DNA of 64,000 nucleotides from an uncultured Clostridium sp. (GTDB lineage Bacteria; Bacillota; Clostridia; TANB77; CAG-508): NCBI GenBank assembly GCA_964370265.1, contig CAYJIP010000005.1, positions 29,915 to 93,914 of the forward strand, read 5' to 3'. Shown piece by piece: positions 28,501 to 37,142 of this stretch (position 1 is its first letter; each line of letters starts with the position of its first letter). The notes under the pieces were generated by a model. It saw only the letters and a program-made list of their open reading frames with translations, ran no database searches and was not told where the DNA came from. The position numbers and the translations under genes were made by a program.

Positions 28501-29195
28501 TAGATAAAACTGTAACTATAAGCTATACAGAGAATAACATAAAAAAAGAAGTAAATGTTTCTGTAATAGTGGAGAAAGAACAAATAACTTATGAAACAAT
28601 TAAAAATGATTTATTAGAGGCAAATGCAATATTTTTAAGTGGTAAAATATATGGATATGAAGACAATACTAAAAATTATTTTATATATAATTTTAAAATA
28701 AATGATATTGAACAAAATGCGCAAAACGCTAATTATGAATATTACTATTATGTAAGTACAAAACTTGGAAAAAGTGTAGAAGATGATGAATGGACTAAAA
28801 TAGAAAATATAAGCACTATTGATGAAAATGGAAAAAATGAATTAATACTTACATTTGATTCGAGAGAAGTAGCATATATGAGTGAACTACTACAAGATAC
28901 AGCATCTGACGAAATATATATTTATATAAAAGAAGTAGTAACTACTCAAGATGCAGTATTAACAGAAATGAAGGAAATGGAAATACTAAATTCAAATAGT
29001 AATTTAGATATAGAAGTATATTTTAATGATGTTTTAGTGGGACAACTTGAAGACGTGGAAGGTGAAAAAGATGAAACAGTAGCACCAAATGAATTACCAG
29101 AGACAGGTCTTAGAAATACAATAATGATTATTTCAATCATACTTACTATAATAGGTATATTTTCATATAAGAGATATAAAAATATAGATAAATAA
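25593..29195 (+). CDS. Cell-wall-anchored papain-like (C1) cysteine peptidase with five Ig-like repeats and an LPETG sorting signal
   Basis: Signal peptide. Catalytic Cys in QGSTGFCWAF, His in NHAVTVVGYDD, and NSWG. Five repeats carrying GENFDKTGM. LPETG at 29094-29108, then a TM helix and a basic tail. Confidence 0.85.
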   Translation: MKNKKGKLKLCIGILILFIVLFNAKVYAEEIELKVEMPSKEMNNGFIPSVLKPIYFEDDEESNVIDNVFTRANTVYSNTLVKYDLRTIIPENLNVKNQGSTGFCWAFTGIAVLETRLALNDMVNSSALKVYDFSEKHMVYSSAKNSFLNGEINETGIIEDLSAGGTMLNVQSYLTNGKGAISESDMPFIDSQEDINIQSLYNKDVQSTVHDTIFLESAEIHETEKVEKIKEEIKQFLNTSGALYMGIHGASPFGDSEIYNNDTGALYTPSLDLYPINHAVTVVGYDDNYSKENFVDTNKPTIDGAWIVKNSWGETITVGTIDEYKQILYEQNTSYFQSIGYTNYSQIPDDITIETIINNGYIYNAEKRTLELEIGDSGYMYVSYQDPSIYSGNTWGIEKAVNEKDYNNIYKLEYNEHDYMEVLNTRNVKLANVFTRNTTEVEYIDRVAISSLSEAQNCKVYMNPNGSSKNEEDLIEIDIVTPKSNNTVDIEPGFTTIEFTNPVEVSSDTFTVVIEISNEAENAIYYFESNHMGEVNKNESFVYDEINKKWIDIGDSANVDTIGNLPIKAFTIDVEPILTSIEIISSPTKSIYYEGENFDKTGLRIMANYNTYSEKEITNFQVISGENLVEGQETVVIRYTENGVTKEVSVNITVNPNSVLLEEIEISTTPDKVIYIEGENFDKTGMEVKAVYSNNTKKDITNYTVVNGSNLNLGQTSVIIRYEENGVIKEKNVAITVNPMPVVLEKIEVSTNPNKVIYVEGENFDKTGMIIKAIYSNNNNKEITSYTVENGTNLTKGQTNVKIKYTEAGISKETTVDIVVNEKEADTVYLAGLIISINPDKTNYLESEDFDKTGMIVKAVYSDGSQKEITNYTVENGENLQENQESISITYSEGSITKKINVEIIVEKGEDVENVILLEIQISQNPDKTNYVEGENFDKTGMIVKAIYSDNSVKEITNYIIENGEDLKEIDKTVTISYTENNIKKEVNVSVIVEKEQITYETIKNDLLEANAIFLSGKIYGYEDNTKNYFIYNFKINDIEQNAQNANYEYYYYVSTKLGKSVEDDEWTKIENISTIDENGKNELILTFDSREVAYMSELLQDTASDEIYIYIKEVVTTQDAVLTEMKEMEILNSNSNLDIEVYFNDVLVGQLEDVEGEKDETVAPNELPETGLRNTIMIISIILTIIGIFSYKRYKNIDK
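27315..28580 (+). repeat. Five tandem coding repeats of about 83-88 aa (Big_3-like Ig domains)
   Basis: Recurring ..PDKxxYxEGENFDKTGMxVKAxYSD..KEITNYTVENG.. blocks. Near-identical DNA stretches, e.g. GAAGGTGAGAATTTTGATAAAACAGGAATGAT. Confidence 0.85.
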
Positions 29196-29369
29196 TAAAA
29201 CAATAAAAACAATAAAGAATATATAAAAAATTAAGTTAGAATCAGAATTAATATTAATTTTATATTAAGACATATAATAAATAATAGAAGGTAACTTTGA
29301 AAATTTTGTTATATGTCTTTTTTATTATATGAATAGTATTAAAATGAATGTACGGTCAAGTGAATAGAG

Positions 29370-29398
29370 TAGACAAATATTCCAAAAATTGATATACT
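29370..29398 (+). promoter_or_regulatory. SigA-type promoter candidate (extended -10)
   Basis: TAGACA, 17-nt spacer, TATACT, with TG at -15/-14. Confidence 0.4.
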
Positions 29399-29457
29399 AA
29401 AAAGAAGTTGAAAAACTTAAATATAAATATTTTAATATTAAAATAGAAAGAGGTTTT

Positions 29458-30135
29458 ATGAAAAAAATAGAAAATATAATATGGGGACTTATATTAATTA
29501 CATTAGCAGTTATTTTAGGATTAAATTCATTTGGAATAACAGATATTCAAATATTTTTTGATGGATGGTGGACTTTAATAATAATAGTACCTTGTTTTAT
29601 AGGGTTACTAAAAAATAGATCTAAATTAGGAAATTTAATAGGATTATCGACAGGAATACTATTACTATTAAACCAAAGAGAAATATTAACATTTGACTTG
29701 TTAAGCAAATTAGTTGTTCCAGGTATTTTATTAATAATTGGATTAAATCTAATATTTAAAAATACATTTACAAAATTTAAAAACGTAGAAATAAAAGGTA
29801 AAGAAAAAGAAAATTATTCAGCAGTATTTAGTAGTCAAAAAATAGAATTAAAAGAAATAAATGCAAATAGAATTAAAACAGAAGTTGTATTTGGAGCTAT
29901 TAGATTAAATCTAAGAGAAGCGGAATTAAAAGATAACATGATGATAGAATCTGGAGCAATATTTGGAAATATTTTAATTAATGTGCCAGAAGATGTAAAT
30001 GTAAAAATTATATCAACATCAATATTTGGAACAGTTACTGATAGAGTTAAGAGAAATTATGTAGAAAATAATAAAACAATTTGTATAAACGCAACAACTC
30101 TTTTCGGAGGTGTTAATATAATATGCAAACAGTAA
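29458..30135 (+). CDS. LiaF-like membrane protein (cell wall-active antibiotic response domain)
   Basis: Four N-terminal TM helices and a C-terminal beta-rich DUF2154-like region. Confidence 0.55.
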   Translation: MKKIENIIWGLILITLAVILGLNSFGITDIQIFFDGWWTLIIIVPCFIGLLKNRSKLGNLIGLSTGILLLLNQREILTFDLLSKLVVPGILLIIGLNLIFKNTFTKFKNVEIKGKEKENYSAVFSSQKIELKEINANRIKTEVVFGAIRLNLREAELKDNMMIESGAIFGNILINVPEDVNVKIISTSIFGTVTDRVKRNYVENNKTICINATTLFGGVNIICKQ

Positions 30136-30980
30136 AAATAATTATTAAAAGCATAGCATACATAATAGCAGTTGTTTTTGCAACAGTAATTATATCAACA
30201 ATAACATTTATGTTATTAGGTTTTTCAGAAATGGTGAATTATGTAACAAGTTTTTATGAATACGAAAAAATGGAAGATGGTAATTCATATATAGTAAAAG
30301 AAGAAACTTTTGATTCTGTAAATACACTTGAAATATTAGTTGATTCATATGAATTGGAAATATATCAAATACAAGATGATGAAATAAAAATTATAACATA
30401 CACAGCAGGAGAAAAAAGAATAGAAGTTGAAAAAGAATATAATAGAATAAAAATATATGAAGAGGAAGATTGGTTTTTAGGAAAAAATAATGAATCAATA
30501 CCAAAAGTACAAATATATATCCCAGTAGGTATGATTGAAGAAATCTCTATTAATAGTGGAGATAGAAATGTAAAAATAGAAGGTATTACTAATTTAGAAA
30601 AACTATATGTAATTGGAAAAGATGGTAAAACAGAATTATCAAATTTAGATGTTGGATATATATATGCAGGAACAGGACAAGGTAATATGAGCATAAAAGA
30701 TTCAACATTTGGAAAAGCACAACTTTATGCGACATTAGGTTCAATAATTACAGAAAATATATTTATAACAGAGAAAATAGCTCTTCATAATACTGTTGCT
30801 AAAATTGAATTAAATATTAGAGATAGTAAAGATAATTATAAAATTTATGCTCAATCATATAGAAAAAATGTAATGGTAGATGGTGAAGAAATACAATCAA
30901 ATACAACTATAGGAAATGGCTATAAGACAATAGACACATATTCAACAATAGGAAATATAGAGATTAATTTTGGAAAATAG
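30123..30980 (+). CDS. DUF4097-like (putative adhesin head) membrane-anchored protein
   Basis: N-terminal TM, then repetitive beta-strand region. Overlaps the upstream gene by 13 nt. Confidence 0.5.
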   Translation: MQTVKIIIKSIAYIIAVVFATVIISTITFMLLGFSEMVNYVTSFYEYEKMEDGNSYIVKEETFDSVNTLEILVDSYELEIYQIQDDEIKIITYTAGEKRIEVEKEYNRIKIYEEEDWFLGKNNESIPKVQIYIPVGMIEEISINSGDRNVKIEGITNLEKLYVIGKDGKTELSNLDVGYIYAGTGQGNMSIKDSTFGKAQLYATLGSIITENIFITEKIALHNTVAKIELNIRDSKDNYKIYAQSYRKNVMVDGEEIQSNTTIGNGYKTIDTYSTIGNIEINFGK

Positions 30981-31042
30981 AAGATAATAAGATGAACAAA
31001 ATAAAAAATACATACTATAAAATAAATTATAAAACATAATAC

Positions 31043-31066
31043 AAACTGCAAACTGTAAACTGCAAA
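31043..31066. repeat. 7-nt tandem repeat AAACTGC/AAACTGT x3
   Basis: Lies in the 3' region between the stop at 30980 and the terminator. Confidence 0.8.
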
Positions 31067-31088
31067 ATATAACTTTAAACTTTAAATT

Positions 31089-31147
31089 AAAAAACAAGAA
31101 TAAAACCAACCAGTAATATAATTATTGGTTGGTTTTATTCTTGTTTT
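31089..31147. terminator. Bidirectional intrinsic terminator
   Basis: AACAAGAATAAAACCAACCA pairs with TGGTTGGTTTTATTCTTGTT, with flanking A/T runs. Confidence 0.85.
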
Positions 31148-31151
31148 AGAA

Positions 31152-31196
31152 TTAATTATTCTAGTTAAATCTAGTTAATTATTCTAGTTAATTATT
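31152..31196. repeat. 13-nt tandem repeat CTAGTTAATTATT, about 3 copies
   Basis: Lies between the terminator and the stop of the minus-strand gene at 31221. Confidence 0.8.
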
Positions 31197-31220
31197 TTCA
31201 ATAAATCTCTAATATTTCTT

Positions 31221-31754
31221 CTAATCTAAATCAGAATAGATTTTATTTTTCTTAAACCTATTATTTAATTTATTAGATAAAAAAGATATAAATTCATCAT
31301 TTGTACCTATTTCAAAGCAATCCTTATTTAATATATATGCGTGTTTTTTATTTAAATAAAGATATATATACTTATTTGTTTGATAAGCTTTATATAAAAG
31401 TTTATATGAAGTTTTAATAGATTCATTATGTGTTCCAACAAGGAAGTAATTTTCATAAAAAGTAAATGTTACAGATTCTTGTTTTTGAATCATATCACTT
31501 TCATAATCTTTTTTTACTAAAAATAAAGGTCTAATGTATCTCCATGCTAAAAAGCTCAGTAATGAAGCGATTGTTAATGTAGCAAGGGAGTAATTATTAC
31601 TATTTATTTGGAGTATTATTAATAGTAGAATAAAGAAAAATATACTTGCCGTGAAAACGGTATATATTAGTCCGAATTTTTCTTTATGAAAATGTAAAAA
31701 GTTTTGATATATTTTTTCACTATATGTTGTTGTATTTTTAAATAAGATTTTCAT
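31221..31754 (-). CDS. YcxB-like membrane protein
   Basis: About 177 aa with two central TM helices and a YcxB-like C-terminal region. ATG 31754 preferred over the TTG at 31766. Confidence 0.45.
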   Translation of the reverse strand: MKILFKNTTTYSEKIYQNFLHFHKEKFGLIYTVFTASIFFFILLLIILQINSNNYSLATLTIASLLSFLAWRYIRPLFLVKKDYESDMIQKQESVTFTFYENYFLVGTHNESIKTSYKLLYKAYQTNKYIYLYLNKKHAYILNKDCFEIGTNDEFISFLSNKLNNRFKKNKIYSDLD

Positions 31755-31851
31755 TTTATCACCCAAATAAGTATAACATAAAAGAGGAAATAAAGAAATA
31801 TGTATAAAGTTTAAATTTCAATTTAAATATTAATAAAAAACGAAAAAATAA

Positions 31852-31887
31852 AAATATTAAAAATATTAAAAATGTTAAGAATATTAA
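31852..31887. repeat. 9-nt tandem repeat AAATATTAA x4 in a divergent promoter region
   Basis: Units at 31852, 31861, 31870 and 31879. Confidence 0.8.
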
Positions 31888-31925
31888 AAAAAATAGAGAA
31901 TAGTATTTAATAGGGGAGAAACAAT

Positions 31926-32372
31926 ATGGGGTATTCAGATAGAGAATTATTAGCTAGAATTGTGCAGTGCGAAGCAGGTGGAGAAGGCGATAATGGAATG
32001 AAAGCAGTTGCGACAGTTGTGATGAACAGGGTAAATGCAACAATAGGTGAATATTCACGAATTTCAAACGGTGGAAGTATTAGAAACATTATATTTCAAA
32101 AAGGGCAATTTGATTGTACAATGGAAACACTAGATAATATGTATAATAGTCAAAATATATATAATATGAATCCAACAGAAATACATTACCAAATTGCAGA
32201 TTGGGCAATTAGTGGGAATAAAATTAATGAAATAGGAGAAAGTTTATGGTTTCTTAATCCATTTAAACCGAAGTGTGACAATGAATTTCCTAGAAATGGA
32301 TCAGGAGTTTTCCATACACAAGTAGGAGATCATTGTTTCTATAGACCTACTTCAAAATATACTAGAACATAA
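31926..32372 (+). CDS. cwlJ: Spore cortex-lytic cell wall hydrolase (SleB/CwlJ family)
   Basis: LLARIVQCEAGGEG..AVATVVMNRV motif of the Hydrolase_2 domain. 148 aa, single domain like CwlJ. Confidence 0.75.
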   Translation: MGYSDRELLARIVQCEAGGEGDNGMKAVATVVMNRVNATIGEYSRISNGGSIRNIIFQKGQFDCTMETLDNMYNSQNIYNMNPTEIHYQIADWAISGNKINEIGESLWFLNPFKPKCDNEFPRNGSGVFHTQVGDHCFYRPTSKYTRT

Positions 32373-32383
32373 AAGGAGGAAAT

Positions 32384-32719
32384 ATGGCAAATTATGATGA
32401 AAGACAAGACAAAAGAGAAAATAGAGAAAATAGAGAAGCTCAAGATCCAAGACTAACACCTGAAATACTATCAAATCCAATATATACACCAGGTTTTTTA
32501 AAACAACAAATTGGAAAAATAATGAGAGTAGAATTTTTAATTGGAACAAATATACTAACTGATAAATCAGGAATATTAGAAGAAGTAGGTGCAAGCTATA
32601 TATTATTGAGAGCAGTTGAAAATGACAATATAATTTTTTGTGATATTTATGCAATTAAATTTATAACAATTATACCTGGACCAATACCACCTATGAACGC
32701 TAGATATCAATATTATTAG
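32384..32719 (+). CDS. gerQ: GerQ-like spore coat protein
   Basis: Small protein next to the cwlJ homolog. Core (RVEFLIGTN..GILEEVGASYILL) resembles the GerQ family from memory. Confidence 0.5.
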   Translation: MANYDERQDKRENRENREAQDPRLTPEILSNPIYTPGFLKQQIGKIMRVEFLIGTNILTDKSGILEEVGASYILLRAVENDNIIFCDIYAIKFITIIPGPIPPMNARYQYY

Positions 32720-32724
32720 TATAT

Positions 32725-32757
32725 AAAAAAGAGTATGATGTAAATATCATACTCTTT
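32725..32757. terminator. Bidirectional intrinsic terminator
   Basis: AAAGAGTATGAT / ATCATACTCTTT stem with a 6-nt loop. Confidence 0.8.
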
Positions 32758-32762
32758 GTATA

Positions 32763-33635
32763 TTAAATTAATTGTTGCATATCCTGAGGTAATTCACATG
32801 AAATACTTAAATTTTCTTTTGTTACAGGATGAACAAAATTAAGTAAGCAACTATGTAGTGCTTGTCTAGAAATTAAATCAGATGGATTTGAATAAAGTGT
32901 ATCACCTAATAAAGGATGACCAATTGCTTTCATGTGTACACGTATTTGATGAGTTCGTCCGGTTTCTAAAGAGCATTGTACAAGTGAATAATTAGGAAAT
33001 TTTTGTATAACAGTAAAATGTGTAATCGAATTTTGTCCTTTTTGATCTATGCATCTTTCAATAATACTACCATTTCTTCGTCCAATAGGTAAATTGATAA
33101 TCCCATTCGTATTTTTTAAATGACCTTCAACAATACATAGATATTCTTTTTTGAATATATTAGTTGTCATCTGTTTACTTAAAGATTCTTGTATGTATTC
33201 ACATTTTGCAAATATAACAATACCAGAAGTATCTATATCTAACCTATTAACAGGGCGTATTTTCTTTTTTAGATTGATACTATCAAAATAATACTTAATA
33301 CCATTAGATAGTGATGTTTCTAAATGTCTAATTGAAGGATGGATTGCAATACCGTGAGGTTTGTTTACTATAAGTAGCCAATCATCTTCGAAAATAATAT
33401 CTACTTTCATATTAGTTGGTAATATATTAGAATTATCTTCTTCATACCCTAAGTCAATTGTTACTATATCGTTAATCGATACAGGTAAACGAGTATCAGT
33501 AATTATATTATTAAGATAAATACGATTCATTTTAATTAATTTCAATCTTTGTCTTGTTGAAAAATTAAATTCATTGGATAACACATCATTAATTGTTAAA
33601 TAGTTTTTATTCTCTACTATATATTTTAAAATCAT
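32763..33635 (-). CDS. RluA-family pseudouridine synthase (RluD-like, S4 domain N-terminus)
   Basis: Catalytic NRLDIDTSG motif and GRTHQIRVH motif. Confidence 0.85.
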   Translation of the reverse strand: MILKYIVENKNYLTINDVLSNEFNFSTRQRLKLIKMNRIYLNNIITDTRLPVSINDIVTIDLGYEEDNSNILPTNMKVDIIFEDDWLLIVNKPHGIAIHPSIRHLETSLSNGIKYYFDSINLKKKIRPVNRLDIDTSGIVIFAKCEYIQESLSKQMTTNIFKKEYLCIVEGHLKNTNGIINLPIGRRNGSIIERCIDQKGQNSITHFTVIQKFPNYSLVQCSLETGRTHQIRVHMKAIGHPLLGDTLYSNPSDLISRQALHSCLLNFVHPVTKENLSISCELPQDMQQLI

Positions 33636-33766
33636 TATTAAATTTATATCCTTTCAAAATGTATAAATATTATATATCAAAATACATAAAAATGCTATGA
33701 AAAATAGAAGTATTAGTAAAAAAATAGATTTAATAAAATTGTTGTATAGTGTAAGAAATCATGAGA

Positions 33767-33795
33767 TTGACATAGAATGAGTGTTATGTTAATAT
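33767..33795 (+). promoter_or_regulatory. SigA-type promoter
   Basis: TTGACA, 17-nt spacer, TAATAT. Confidence 0.55.
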
Positions 33796-33854
33796 ATTAG
33801 ATGTAAAAGAGTTATAGCAAACGATTAAAATTAATTAATTAAGGGAGTAACATT

Positions 33855-34619
33855 ATGAAAAAAATTACAGCAATCGTTGCAACAGAAGTTGGTTTTATAA
33901 GAATACTAGCAGCACTTCAAGAAAAATATTGTATATATTCATTGTATGCAGAAAAACAAGAACGAGTGATTAGTTTGATATGTAAGAATGATGACGTTTC
34001 AGATATTATTATATACTTGAATAAGGAAATGAAAATATCTGAAATTGAGACTCAAGATGTTGAGGAAATTAATTTAAATGAAGAAATATTATATGAATTC
34101 CTAAAAAAATACTTAGAACATACGAATATTTCTATTGATTATGCACTCAGCTTATTTACAGAACAAATTTCAAAAGCATTAATCATGAACAAAGATATTA
34201 GAGTTGTTGAATTATATATTAAACAATTCACAGATATGATGAAAGAATCTATGACTAAGACACATATGAAAGATATAAGAAAAGGAGATATTTTATCATT
34301 AAAATTTAATTCAGAATTATCAAAAAAACTAGGAGATGAAACAAAAAAAGTAATAGTAATAAAAGTTTCTAAAGATGACATCAAAGTCTTACCAATAGTT
34401 CTTGAAGATGTTGTGAAGGACGAAGAACGATGGACATCTATTCATAATGATGAGATTAAATTTTTACCAAATGAAAAGATTAAGTCATTAGGATATATTG
34501 ATTTTAGGGATTTGAAGTCAATACCATTTTATCAAATTGAAAGAAAAATTGGAGAAGTACCTAAAGAATTAGTCAATAAACTATGTGAAGCTGCTGCTGA
34601 AAATTTAATTGGAGAATAG
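33855..34619 (+). CDS. Hypothetical two-domain protein; C-terminal half possibly MazF/PemK-like
   Basis: Good RBS. C-terminal pattern RKGDILSLKF..KKVIVIKV..VLPIV....IDFRDLKSI..IERKIGEVPKELVNKL resembles the PemK/MazF layout. N-terminal ~145 aa unassigned. Confidence 0.6.
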   Translation: MKKITAIVATEVGFIRILAALQEKYCIYSLYAEKQERVISLICKNDDVSDIIIYLNKEMKISEIETQDVEEINLNEEILYEFLKKYLEHTNISIDYALSLFTEQISKALIMNKDIRVVELYIKQFTDMMKESMTKTHMKDIRKGDILSLKFNSELSKKLGDETKKVIVIKVSKDDIKVLPIVLEDVVKDEERWTSIHNDEIKFLPNEKIKSLGYIDFRDLKSIPFYQIERKIGEVPKELVNKLCEAAAENLIGE

Positions 34620-34684
34620 TGACCTAAATAAACATATAAGTTACTAAATTAACATATTAACAAGCATGCAAATCAAAAAATCAA

Positions 34685-34714
34685 AAAGGACAAGATATTT
34701 TCTTGTCTTTTTTG
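34685..34714 (+). terminator. Intrinsic terminator
   Basis: GACAAGA / TCTTGTC stem followed by a T-run. Confidence 0.65.
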
Positions 34715-34846
34715 GTTTAATTATAGGATTTTTTTACGTTTTATACGAAATTTACAACATAAATTAGTATATATGGTCTATATACTTGATATTTATTGCT
34801 TTTTTTGTTAGAATTGTATAGATTATATCGTAAACATGGAGGTAAT

Positions 34847-35512
34847 ATGAGAATAAGATTTAAAAAATGGGCTAGGCCAGAGTTGGAAGCAAGCCCGTTC
34901 TATATAGACAATCCAGAAGAGATTAAAGGTAAGTGGAGAGAGCAATATAAAAAAAGTGAATTACCATTACATTTAGAATTAGGATGTGGTAAAGGTCAGT
35001 TTATATCTAATTTAGCAGTACAAAATCTAGAAACAAACTATATTGCAATAGATTTGGTAGATGCAATGTTAGGATTAGCTAAACGAACAGTAGAAGAAGT
35101 TTATGCAGAAAAAAAGGTAGATATATCAAATGTGATGTTAACAAGGTTTGATATAGAGAGAATATTTTTAATACTAGAAAAAGCAGATAAGGTTGAAAGA
35201 ATATATATCAATTTTTGTAATCCATGGCCAAAAGGTCAACATCGTAAAAAAAGATTAACACATACAAGACAATTAGAAAAATATAAAGAATTTTTAAATG
35301 ATAATGGGGAAATATATTTCAAAACTGATGATGATAGTTTATTTGATGCAAGTATTGGATATTTTAAAGAATCAGGGTTTGAAATCGAAAAACTTACATA
35401 TGACTTACATAAAGAACCAATATTTGAAACAAATATTATCACAGAACATGAAAAAATGTTTACAGAGCAAGGAATCAAAATTAAAGCATTAATTGCAAGA
35501 AAGAAGGATTAG
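34847..35512 (+). CDS. trmB: tRNA (guanine46-N7)-methyltransferase
   Basis: LELGCGKGQF SAM motif and TrmB-like N-terminus. GGAGG RBS before ATG 34847. Confidence 0.85.
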   Translation: MRIRFKKWARPELEASPFYIDNPEEIKGKWREQYKKSELPLHLELGCGKGQFISNLAVQNLETNYIAIDLVDAMLGLAKRTVEEVYAEKKVDISNVMLTRFDIERIFLILEKADKVERIYINFCNPWPKGQHRKKRLTHTRQLEKYKEFLNDNGEIYFKTDDDSLFDASIGYFKESGFEIEKLTYDLHKEPIFETNIITEHEKMFTEQGIKIKALIARKKD

Positions 35513-35514
35513 TA

Positions 35515-35952
35515 ATGGATATAAATGAAGTTATTAAAAATTCAGATAATAAAGAATATATGTTAGAAGTAATTAATAAGAACGGAGAATTATTAGAATT
35601 TGCATCAAAAAAACTTAAAGGCGATATAGAAGTTGTAAGATTAGCAACTAAAACAGCGCCTTGGACAATATGCTATATAACTGATAATTTGAGAAATGAT
35701 AAAGAATTATTTTTAGAAGTATGTTCACAGTATGGACAAGCTCTATACTATGCTTCAGAAGATTTAAGAGATGATGAAGAGGTTGTAAAAGTTGCAATAG
35801 AAAATAAAGGGTTAATTATAAAATTCGCCAGTGATAGGCTAAGAAAAAATATAGAGTTTGCAACAATTGCAATTAAAAAAGATAAGAAAGCATATAATTT
35901 TATAGCAGATGCAATTAAAAATGATGGTAAAATAAAAGAATTAATTCAGTAA
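35515..35952 (+). CDS. DUF4116 repeat protein
   Basis: Repeated ..ASxxLRxDxExVxxAI.. units typical of DUF4116. Confidence 0.6.
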   Translation: MDINEVIKNSDNKEYMLEVINKNGELLEFASKKLKGDIEVVRLATKTAPWTICYITDNLRNDKELFLEVCSQYGQALYYASEDLRDDEEVVKVAIENKGLIIKFASDRLRKNIEFATIAIKKDKKAYNFIADAIKNDGKIKELIQ

Positions 35953-35975
35953 TATAAGAAAAAAATCTAAAAGAC

Positions 35976-36004
35976 TTGTACTTTTAGTACATAAGCTATA
36001 TAAT
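35976..36004 (+). promoter_or_regulatory. SigA-type promoter of pta-ackA
   Basis: TTGTAC, 17-nt spacer, TATAAT. Confidence 0.55.
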
Positions 36005-36035
36005 AGATGTGTTCAAAATTTTAGGAGGAAACGAA

Positions 36036-37040
36036 ATGTCAAAATTTATTAGAGATATAAAAGAAAGAGCAAAAAGTGATATAAAAACAATCGTATTACC
36101 AGAGGCAGAAGATATAAGAATATTAGAAGCTACTCAATCAGTAATGAAAGAAGGTTATGCTAAAATAATTTTAGTAGGAGATGAAGAAGTAGTTACTAAA
36201 AAAGCAAAAGAAAATAATATTGATTTAGGTAATGCACAAATAGTTAACCCATTAACAAGTGGAAAATTAGAAGAATATGCAAATAGATTATATGAATTAA
36301 GAAAAGCAAAAGGTATGGAAATAGAAGAAGCAAGAGAATTAGCTAAAGATCCAGTATATTATGGAATGCTTATGTTAAAAGATGAATCTGTACATGCAGA
36401 TGGATTGGTTTCAGGAGCAGCACATTCAACAGCAGATACGTTAAGACCAGCATTACAAATATTAAAAACAGCACCAGGAACTAAATTGGTATCAGCATTT
36501 TTCATAATGGTAGTACCTGATTGTGAATATGGGGAAGATGGTGTATTTGTCTTTGGAGATTGTGGATTAAATGAAGATCCAGGAGCATTAGCATTAGCAG
36601 AAATAGCAATATCGTCAAGTATAAGTTTTAAACAATTAGTACAAAAAGAACCAAAAGTTGGAATGATGTCATATTCTACATATGGAAGTGCATCATCTGC
36701 AACAATTGATAAAGTTGTTAAAGCAACAGGAATAGTAAGAGAAAAATTACCAGAATTAAAAATAGATGGTGAATTACAATTAGATGCAGCAATAGTACCA
36801 GAAGTAGCAGCATTTAAAGCGCCAGAAAGCCCATTAAAAGGTGGAGCAAATGTATTAATATTCCCAGATTTAAATTCAGGGAATATCGGATATAAATTAA
36901 CACAAAGATTGGCAAAAGCAGAAGCTTATGGACCACTTTGTCAAGGTATTGCAAGACCAGTAAATGATCTTTCAAGAGGATGTAGTAGTGAAGATGTTGC
37001 AGGAGTTGTTGCAATAACTGCAGTTCAAGCACAAATATAG
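36036..37040 (+). CDS. pta: Phosphate acetyltransferase
   Basis: Full-length PTA_PTB domain similarity (e.g. DGLVSGAAHSTADTLRPALQI). AGGAGG RBS before ATG 36036. Confidence 0.9.
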   Translation: MSKFIRDIKERAKSDIKTIVLPEAEDIRILEATQSVMKEGYAKIILVGDEEVVTKKAKENNIDLGNAQIVNPLTSGKLEEYANRLYELRKAKGMEIEEARELAKDPVYYGMLMLKDESVHADGLVSGAAHSTADTLRPALQILKTAPGTKLVSAFFIMVVPDCEYGEDGVFVFGDCGLNEDPGALALAEIAISSSISFKQLVQKEPKVGMMSYSTYGSASSATIDKVVKATGIVREKLPELKIDGELQLDAAIVPEVAAFKAPESPLKGGANVLIFPDLNSGNIGYKLTQRLAKAEAYGPLCQGIARPVNDLSRGCSSEDVAGVVAITAVQAQI

Positions 37041-37142
37041 AGAAATAAAAGAAATAAAGATTATAATAATATATGTAATATACATAATTAATAAAAAATA
37101 AAAAAAATAAAAATAAATTAAAACATAACAAGGAGAGTTAAA

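Noticed and set aside
35298-35492. 64-aa alternative-frame ORF inside trmB
   Set aside because: Same-strand overlap within a conserved gene, no RBS, low-complexity product.
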